Shown here one piece after another: positions 57,842 through 63,490 of a DNA stretch of 63,490 bases. Under the pieces are notes generated by a model. That model had not been told where the DNA came from. It did not search any database and was given only the letters and a program-made list of their open reading frames with translations. Made by a program: the position numbers and the translations under genes. Numbering within the stretch: the first letter of the stretch is position 1; each line of letters starts with the position of its first letter. The stretch comes from an uncultured Acidimicrobiaceae bacterium (GTDB lineage Bacteria > Actinomycetota > Acidimicrobiia > Acidimicrobiales > Ilumatobacteraceae). The stretch lies in NCBI GenBank assembly GCA_903929185.1, contig CAIYTS010000140.1, positions 1-63,490 on the forward strand, read 5' to 3'.

Positions 57842-59305
57842 ATGAGTTCCGACGTCGTAGGTGTGAAGGCCCCTGCGCTTCGAGATCGGATTGCACAGAC
57901 CTCATTGTGGACATGGACAGTAGTGCTGTTATGTGCGTGCTCTGCTGTTGCAACAACGCGATTGCAATGGGATATTCACCGAGGTCTCGGAACCTCATCG
58001 TTTGACGTGGGACTGTACGACCAAGGAGTCTGGTTGCTGTCTCGTTTCCATGCTCCTTTCGTCACTTTGATGGGCCGCAACCTTTTTGGTGATCATGCAT
58101 CACTTATTCTGATTTTTGTAACACCGCTGTATTGGATTTGGCCCGGTACCGAGACTCTTCTGGCATTGCAATCTGTCGTTGTTGCTGCAGGCGCGCTGCC
58201 GATCTATTTTTTCGCGAGACGCCATCTCAATAGCGCAGCTCTTGGTTGTGCATTCGCAGTGGCATGGTTGGTGAACCCTGCAGTCAATGGCACGATTTTC
58301 GAGAACTATCACCCCGATTCATTTTTGGGACTATTTGTTCCCATTGCCATAGTTGCGGCTCTGACCAAACGGTGGCGTTGGTATTGGGTGGCAGTGGTGC
58401 TGTCGCTCTTGGTCAAAGAAGATGTTGTTTTAGTCATTGTTCCGCTGGGGGCAATGGTGGCAATGCGCGGAGAAACACGTCGCGGTCTTTTGACAATTGG
58501 TGCGGGGGTAACGGCGGCTTTACTTGGCATGTTTGTACTGATGAAGAACCTCATCGGTGTACCAACTCGAAATGGTTGGCGAATTCCTTTTGGTGGAATC
58601 TCAGGCTTCATCAAAGAGAGCTTCACCAATCCCACAAATGTCATTGAGTATTTATCGTCCGAGGGTCGATTGATGTACTGGTGGAAGATGTTTGCACCGT
58701 TCGCATTGTTGAGTTTTCTCGCTCCCGAAGTTGCAGTCATCAGCGTGTTGGTGCTTATCGGTAATACGGTCAGTAATTTCTGGTACCAGTTCCACATCGA
58801 ATATCACTATTCACTTGTTGCAGTTCCGGCATTACTGATTGCAGCAATTGTGGGAGTAGGGCGAGTTGGCATTGGTCTGCGCCGCGTTCTCGTTGCTGTT
58901 GTCTTGGTCTCTTCCTTGTGGTGTGCCTCGTTGTGGTCGTATGTGCCCTTTCGGTTGGATGAGTACCCACATTGGGGTGCGCAGCATCCGGTAGCTCTTG
59001 CTGCCGAAGAGATGTATGCGCAGATTCCACCGAACGCAAAAATCTCAGTGTTGTATTCCACAGCGCCTCACCTGGCACATCGCACAGAGATTTATCAGTT
59101 TCCGAATCCGTTCCGCATTGTGATGTACGGGCCTGACACCTCGAAGGAAGGCCAGCGAAGTCCATTGGCAGACGGCATTGAGTTTGTACTTCTGCCTCGC
59201 AACCTCGACGGCGAAAATCTCAAGGACTGGAATGCTGTCTCGGGCGATTTCTATGAATTCAAGGCAAATGATTCCTGGCAACTTTTTGCCCGAAAGACCC
59301 CCTAG
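57842..59305 (+). CDS. DUF2079 domain-containing integral membrane protein (GT-C-like predicted glycosyl/arabinosyl transferase fold)
   Basis: About 487 aa with more than 10 TM segments. N-terminal SSFDVGLYDQGVWLLSRFHAPFVTLMGRNLFGDHASLILIF is typical of DUF2079 as I remember it. ATG 57842 is preferred to 57794, which overlaps nusB. Confidence 0.7.
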   Translation: MSSDVVGVKAPALRDRIAQTSLWTWTVVLLCACSAVATTRLQWDIHRGLGTSSFDVGLYDQGVWLLSRFHAPFVTLMGRNLFGDHASLILIFVTPLYWIWPGTETLLALQSVVVAAGALPIYFFARRHLNSAALGCAFAVAWLVNPAVNGTIFENYHPDSFLGLFVPIAIVAALTKRWRWYWVAVVLSLLVKEDVVLVIVPLGAMVAMRGETRRGLLTIGAGVTAALLGMFVLMKNLIGVPTRNGWRIPFGGISGFIKESFTNPTNVIEYLSSEGRLMYWWKMFAPFALLSFLAPEVAVISVLVLIGNTVSNFWYQFHIEYHYSLVAVPALLIAAIVGVGRVGIGLRRVLVAVVLVSSLWCASLWSYVPFRLDEYPHWGAQHPVALAAEEMYAQIPPNAKISVLYSTAPHLAHRTEIYQFPNPFRIVMYGPDTSKEGQRSPLADGIEFVLLPRNLDGENLKDWNAVSGDFYEFKANDSWQLFARKTP

Positions 59306-59323
59306 CGCTCAGTCCCTCTCTCG

Positions 59324-59332
59324 TGCTACAGT
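59324..59332 (+). promoter_or_regulatory. Extended -10-like element TGcTACAGT, candidate pyr operon promoter
   Basis: TG at 59324-59325 and TACAGT at 59327-59332 lie about 20 nt upstream of the PyrR-box hairpin. The predicted TSS is near 59339. Sequence match only. Confidence 0.3.
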
Positions 59333-59350
59333 GGTGTCGACCGTAAAACG

Positions 59351-59378
59351 GGTCCTGTGAGGCTCGAACGGAAGGACA
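59351..59378 (+). promoter_or_regulatory. PyrR binding-loop-like RNA element (pyr leader)
   Basis: GGUCCUGUGAGGCUCGAACGGAAGGACA resembles the Bacillus PyrR box core GUCCAGAGAGGCU...AAGGA. GUCCU (59352-59356) can pair with AGGAC (59373-59377). It sits directly upstream of pyrR-pyrB-pyrC-carAB. Confidence 0.55.
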
Positions 59379-59380
59379 AT

Positions 59381-59461
59381 ATGGCTCGATTCTTCATGCC
59401 CGCACGCCCCTCGCGAGGGGCGTTTTTCATGCCCGTCCTTCCAGAGGTACTCGCGCAATGA
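59381..59461 (+). CDS. Candidate 26-codon leader peptide (uORF) of the pyr operon
   Basis: The ATG at 59381 is preceded by GGAAGGA (59370-59376). It reads MARFFMPARPSRGAFFMPVLPEVLAQ, and its TGA at 59459-59461 overlaps the pyrR ATG (59458-59460). It spans the terminator hairpin. It is too short for the ORF track; I found it by reading the sequence. Confidence 0.35.
   Translation: MARFFMPARPSRGAFFMPVLPEVLAQ
59404..59427 (+). terminator. Intrinsic terminator / attenuator hairpin in the pyr leader
   Basis: ACGCCCCT-CGCG-AGGGGCGT is a 7-8 bp GC-rich stem with a tetraloop, followed by TTTTT (59423-59427). Only about 30 nt separate it from the pyrR ATG, which leaves no room for a downstream promoter. 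Confidence 0.7.
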
Positions 59462-60003
59462 GTCAGACATCGACAGCATCTTCCGAGATTCTCGGCGTTA
59501 CTGATGTTGATAAGGCGTTGAAGCGCATCGCTCACGAGATTGTTGAGCGGAACCCTGATCTATCTGATGTCGTCATCGTCGGAATGCAGACAGGCGGCAC
59601 ATGGATCGCAAGCCGCCTCCATGACAACATCGCTCAGATTTCGCCCGCGGTGTCTGTTCCACTCGGAGCAGTAGATATCTCCATGTATCGAGATGATTTC
59701 AGCCTTCGTCCCATTGTGCTGTCTGCTCCCACGGATATCCCTGTCGATCTGACCGGACGAACTGTCGTGCTAGTTGATGATGTGTTGTTCACAGGGCGAA
59801 CGGTGCGCGCGGCATTAGAAGCGCTCAATGATCACGGACGTCCACGTGCAGTACAGCTGGCGGTCATGGTTGACCGAGGACATCGAGAATTGCCAATTCG
59901 TCCCGACTATGTCGGTAAGAACATTCCGACGCATTTCTCAGACGAAGTAAGTGTCGGTCCTGACGGCGTGACAGTAGTAGCCACTTCGGGGGAGCAGTCA
60001 TGA
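59458..60003 (+). CDS. pyrR: Bifunctional pyr operon regulatory protein / uracil phosphoribosyltransferase PyrR
   Basis: 181 aa with the PRPP-binding motif VVLVDDVLFTGRTVRAALEAL and the PyrR-type N-terminus (ILGVTDVDKALKRIAHEIVERN). Confidence 0.95.
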   Translation: MSQTSTASSEILGVTDVDKALKRIAHEIVERNPDLSDVVIVGMQTGGTWIASRLHDNIAQISPAVSVPLGAVDISMYRDDFSLRPIVLSAPTDIPVDLTGRTVVLVDDVLFTGRTVRAALEALNDHGRPRAVQLAVMVDRGHRELPIRPDYVGKNIPTHFSDEVSVGPDGVTVVATSGEQS

Positions 60004-60950
60004 AGCATCTCTTGTCAACGCGCGATCTTAGTACTGAAGAGATTCTCTCGGTCTTGGCGATGGCTGACCACATGGCAGAAATCAATTCACGCGCAGTTCC
60101 GAAAGTTCCAGCGTTGCGTGGCCGCACGGTTGCCAGTGTGTTCTTCGAAGATTCAACGCGAACACGACTGAGTTTTGAAACAGCAGCAACTCGTCTGTCA
60201 GCTGAAGTCATGACTTTTACGGCGAGTTCGTCAAGTGTCAATAAGGGTGAGAGCTTGCGTGACACCATTGAGACCCTGTCTGCGATGGGCGTTGATGCGT
60301 TTGTGGTGCGACATAAATCAAGTGGCGCTCCGCTACAGATCACGCAATGGACAGATGCTGCGGTTATCAATGCCGGAGACGGGTGGCACCAGCACCCCAC
60401 ACAAGCTCTTCTGGATGCCTACACAATTACACGCAATTTCAATGAATTGAATTCCATGCACGGCCGAACTATTGCGATCGTGGGAGACATCAAACATTCA
60501 CGAGTTGCTCGCAGTGACATCGATGTATTCACGCGTCTCGGTGCGAAGGTTGTCTTGGTGGCTCCCGCAGCGTTCTTGCCAACCTCACTTGAAGGGTGGG
60601 GGGTAACCACCGCTGATTCCCTCGACGATGTGATTGATGTGGTCGACGTTGTGTACATGCTTCGTATACAACGTGAGCGAATGGATTCAGCTCAGATGCC
60701 GAGCCTTCGTGAATACAGCTCATTGTTCGCGCTGACGCCAGAGCGCGCTGCACGAATGCAAAGCCATGCATTGCTTCTGCATCCTGGCCCCATCAATCGT
60801 GGAGTCGAGATGATCGTTGACCCGTCCGTGGTGCCGGGTTCGCGCATATTGCAACAAGTCACGAACGGAATTTCGATCCGTATGGCTGTGCTCTTCAGTC
60901 TCCTGGGCGGCGATGCCACAACCACACTGTCGAATGGAGTCGAGGCGTGA
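60000..60950 (+). CDS. pyrB: Aspartate carbamoyltransferase catalytic subunit
   Basis: 316 aa with FFEDSTRTRLSFE, HPTQALLD and HPGP motifs. ATGA overlap with pyrR. Confidence 0.97.
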   Translation: MKHLLSTRDLSTEEILSVLAMADHMAEINSRAVPKVPALRGRTVASVFFEDSTRTRLSFETAATRLSAEVMTFTASSSSVNKGESLRDTIETLSAMGVDAFVVRHKSSGAPLQITQWTDAAVINAGDGWHQHPTQALLDAYTITRNFNELNSMHGRTIAIVGDIKHSRVARSDIDVFTRLGAKVVLVAPAAFLPTSLEGWGVTTADSLDDVIDVVDVVYMLRIQRERMDSAQMPSLREYSSLFALTPERAARMQSHALLLHPGPINRGVEMIVDPSVVPGSRILQQVTNGISIRMAVLFSLLGGDATTTLSNGVEA

Positions 60951-62236
60951 GCACTAATAACCAGTCCATAGTGATTCGCGGTGCGACAGTGGTGAATCCT
61001 GATTCGATGTTTGTTGCTGATGTGCGCATCGCAAATGGCGTGATTGAAGCCATCGGAGAATCTCTCGCCGGTGACGTTGTGTTGGAAGCCTCCGGATGCT
61101 TTATTTCGTCTGGTTTCGTCGATCTGCATACACACCTGCGTGAACCAGGCAAAGAAGAAGCAGAGACAATTGAATCGGGCAGTCGCGCCGCTGTGCTTGG
61201 TGGTTTTACCGCTGTAGTAGCGATGCCAAACACGGACCCAGCTCAAGACAATGTAAAGACAGTCCAGTTCGTACGTGAACGAGGCTTGGCTGTTGGTTTG
61301 TGTGAAGTGATTCCTTCCGGATGCATCACAGTTGGCCGCCTTGGAACGAAGTTGGTTCCCTATGATCAACTCGCACAAGAAGGTGTGACTCTGTTTACCG
61401 ATGACGGCACGGGCGTTCAAGATGCGCTTGTTATGCAGCGCGCACTCATGGTTGCGAAACGATTGAATCTCACTTTGGCGCAACATTGCGAAGTTGCAAG
61501 TATGACTGTGGGTGCAGTGATGCACGATGGAGCCTGCTGTTCAACGATGGGAGTGCCCGGGTGGCCATCAGCGGCCGAAGAAGAAATGGTTCGCCGCGAT
61601 ATCCAGCTTGTGCGCATCACTGGTGCACGCGAACACTTCATGCATCTGTCTACACAGGGCAGCGTCGAATTGGTTCGCGCTGCAAAGGCTGAGGGCTTGC
61701 CCATCACGGCTGAAGTCACTCCTCACCACATTTCGCTGACAGATGAACTACTCACCGGGTTTGACCCAATCTTCAAAGTGAATCCACCACTACGCACGAT
61801 GGCTGACATCTCAGCATTGCACGAGGGTCTTGCGGACGGAACCATCGATGCAATCGCTACTGATCATGCACCGCACGCTGGCCACACCAAGGAACAAACA
61901 CTTGATACTGCGCCACCGGGAATGCTTGGTCTTGAAACGGCTCTCGGAGTTGTCAACACGGCTGTCACTTTGTCACCGCAGAAAATCGCAGCATTGATGT
62001 CGTGGAACCCAGCAGTGATTGCAAACATCTCTGACCATCAAGGCCGCCCTGTGGCGGTGGGGGAACCCGCCCATATCGCAGTGTGGGATACCACCACTGT
62101 TTGGTCCGTCTCTCGAGATGAACTAGCAAGTCGCAGCACTAATACGCCGTATCACGGCATGGAACTTCGTGGCCGCGTGCGGCACACGATCTACAACGGC
62201 CAATTGGTCGTGCAGGAAGGGAAGGCACTCGCGTGA
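60947..62236 (+). CDS. pyrC: Dihydroorotase
   Basis: 429 aa with DLHTHLREPG and ATDHAPH motifs. GTGA overlap with pyrB. Confidence 0.95.
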   Translation: MSTNNQSIVIRGATVVNPDSMFVADVRIANGVIEAIGESLAGDVVLEASGCFISSGFVDLHTHLREPGKEEAETIESGSRAAVLGGFTAVVAMPNTDPAQDNVKTVQFVRERGLAVGLCEVIPSGCITVGRLGTKLVPYDQLAQEGVTLFTDDGTGVQDALVMQRALMVAKRLNLTLAQHCEVASMTVGAVMHDGACCSTMGVPGWPSAAEEEMVRRDIQLVRITGAREHFMHLSTQGSVELVRAAKAEGLPITAEVTPHHISLTDELLTGFDPIFKVNPPLRTMADISALHEGLADGTIDAIATDHAPHAGHTKEQTLDTAPPGMLGLETALGVVNTAVTLSPQKIAALMSWNPAVIANISDHQGRPVAVGEPAHIAVWDTTTVWSVSRDELASRSTNTPYHGMELRGRVRHTIYNGQLVVQEGKALA

Positions 62237-63321
62237 GTACCGACATAACAAACATTGCACTCGTGCTCGAAGACGGCTCCGTCTTTGAAGGAGAAGCTGT
62301 GGGGCACATGCCAGACAATGGCATTGCTGCAGGCGAAGTTGTTTTTCACACGGCACTCACCGGATATCAGGAAGTCTTCACGGATCCGTCGTATGCAGGT
62401 CAGATTATTACGTTCACCACATCGCACATCGGCAACTATGGCGTCACGCCGATCGACTCTGAATCTCGTGGAACGTTTGCTCGTGGCGTCATCATGCGCG
62501 ATATGGCGCGACGTCACAGTAATTGGCGAAGCGAATCAAGCCTCGATGCAATGTTGAAGGCGCAAAAACTTCCTGGTGTAGCCGGCCTCGACACTCGTCG
62601 ACTAACGCGTCTGTTGCGTGACTCAGGTTCACTGCGCGGCGCGTTCGGAACTGCTGATCAAGCACAGTTGCTAGCAGCTGCGAAAAATGAAAAGGGCACA
62701 TCAGGCATTGACTTGGTGTCAGAAGTGACGACACCGAAGCCATACACAGTCGGAAACGGCAAGTTCAACGTTGTTGCGTATGACTTTGGAATTAAGACAA
62801 CAATTCTTCGTCATCTTTCAGACATTGCAACGGTGACGGTGGTCCCGGCCAGCATGACTGCTGAAGAAGTGATGTCATTGTCGCCATCCGGAGTGTTCTT
62901 GTCCAATGGTCCTGGAGATCCTGAGATGGTGGCAGGCGCAACAGATGCAATTCGTTCAATAGTTGAAGCAGGTGTACCAACCTTCGGAATCTGCCTCGGG
63001 CATCAATTGCTGTCACGCGCATTCGGTGGACATACTTTCAAGTTGCCGTTTGGTCACCATGGTGCCAATCATCCAGTCCGACACATCGCTACAGGGACAG
63101 TGGAGATCACCAGCCAGAACCACAACTTCTGCGTCGACCCAGATTCATTGTCAGGAGTTGCAGATATCACGCACGTCAATCTCAATGATCACACCAACGA
63201 AGGAATGCGTTTGCGTGATCTACGTGCCTTCAGTGTGCAGTACCACCCTGAAGCCGGGCCAGGGCCGCATGACAGCCAGTACCTATTCGGACAATTCGCA
63301 GAACTCATGGAGAAAAAATAA
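62233..63321 (+). CDS. carA: Carbamoyl-phosphate synthase small (glutamine amidotransferase) subunit
   Basis: 362 aa with [17 protein letters not shown], the GICLGHQLL catalytic Cys and [11 protein letters not shown]. Confidence 0.97.
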   Translation: MSTDITNIALVLEDGSVFEGEAVGHMPDNGIAAGEVVFHTALTGYQEVFTDPSYAGQIITFTTSHIGNYGVTPIDSESRGTFARGVIMRDMARRHSNWRSESSLDAMLKAQKLPGVAGLDTRRLTRLLRDSGSLRGAFGTADQAQLLAAAKNEKGTSGIDLVSEVTTPKPYTVGNGKFNVVAYDFGIKTTILRHLSDIATVTVVPASMTAEEVMSLSPSGVFLSNGPGDPEMVAGATDAIRSIVEAGVPTFGICLGHQLLSRAFGGHTFKLPFGHHGANHPVRHIATGTVEITSQNHNFCVDPDSLSGVADITHVNLNDHTNEGMRLRDLRAFSVQYHPEAGPGPHDSQYLFGQFAELMEKK

Positions 63322-63490
63322 TGCCTCGTCGTAATGATTTACACACAATTCTGATCATCGGTTCTGGCCCCATTGTCATTGGCCAGGCGTGCGAGTTTGA
63401 CTATTCCGGTACGCAGGCATGTCGAGTACTGAAGGAAGAGGGTTACAGGGTCATTCTGGCTAACTCGAACCCAGCAACCATCATGACCGA
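63321..63490 (+). CDS. carB: Carbamoyl-phosphate synthase large subunit, N-terminal fragment (continues beyond the window)
   Basis: TAATG overlap with carA. It reads [56 protein letters not shown], the invariant CarB N-terminus. Confidence 0.95.
   Translation, partial: MPRRNDLHTILIIGSGPIVIGQACEFDYSGTQACRVLKEEGYRVILANSNPATIMT

Noticed and set aside
60692-61525. 277-aa minus-strand ORF antisense to pyrB/pyrC, and similar long antisense ORFs at 43619-44299, 33596-34240, 49126-49686, 59864-60400 and 30868-31380
   Set aside because: All lie fully inside strongly supported + strand housekeeping genes. Their composition is Cys/His/Arg/Ser-rich and junk-like, and they show no recognisable motifs or SD.
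1-63490. Search for CRISPR arrays, insertion sequences, prophage genes, toxin-antitoxin or defence-system genes, rRNA and large ncRNAs
   Set aside because: None seen. The largest non-coding gaps are 152, 125, 100, 74 and 74 nt, and they are accounted for by leaders or promoters. Every ORF of at least 100 aa outside the called genes is antisense or out of frame to a well-supported gene.

Overview
This window is a dense, almost fully co-directional stretch of an actinobacterial core chromosome. By eye it is about 50% GC. I call 67 CDS, 61 of them on the + strand, and found no rRNA, tRNA, CRISPR array, transposase or integrase. The lineage (a streamlined actinobacterium, possibly Acidimicrobiia-like) is inference only.

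Gene order follows the conserved Streptomyces/Mycobacterium synteny blocks in compressed form:
- Cell-division (dcw) cluster tail: ftsZ-yggS-sepF-yggT.
- ileS, a histone-like/DksA-like fusion protein, lspA, rluD, then dnaE.
- fabI, F420 reductase and mshC.
- thrS-HIT-pgsA-acyltransferase-pimA, the phosphatidylinositol mannoside (PIM) cluster.
- pdxST-yebC-ruvCAB-queA-tgt-yajC-secDF-relA-hisS-aspS-rarA-alaS-ruvX-mltG.
- aroE/C/K/B/Q-pepQ-efp-nusB, then pyrR-pyrB-pyrC-carA-carB.

Genes are packed tightly. Many stop/start overlaps are of ATGA, GTGA or TAATG type, and three convergent gene pairs overlap at their 3' ends.

The non-backbone content is:
- an arsR / cadI-like / aquaporin / arsC module plus an F420-type luciferase-like (LLM) oxidoreductase, wedged inside the PIM cluster;
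- an M48-like protein whose HExxH motif is degenerate, followed by a DUF3048 lipoprotein;
- an Rrf2 regulator paired with an alkaline-phosphatase-superfamily protein;
- a few orphan genes.

The most interesting signal I found is not in the ORF track. The pyr leader (59324-59461) contains a PyrR-box-like hairpin whose AAGGA doubles as the Shine-Dalgarno (SD) sequence of a 26-codon upstream ORF (uORF). That uORF reads through an intrinsic terminator and ends in an ATGA overlap with pyrR.

Other notable points:
- The DksA-like domain of the histone-like fusion protein has no cysteines.
- Operon-head genes repeatedly show a leaderless-type TANNNT box 6-9 nt upstream of the start codon. One 18-nt divergent intergenic region carries overlapping -10 boxes on both strands.

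All functional calls rest on recognisable motifs in the supplied translations and on remembered synteny. No database search was run.
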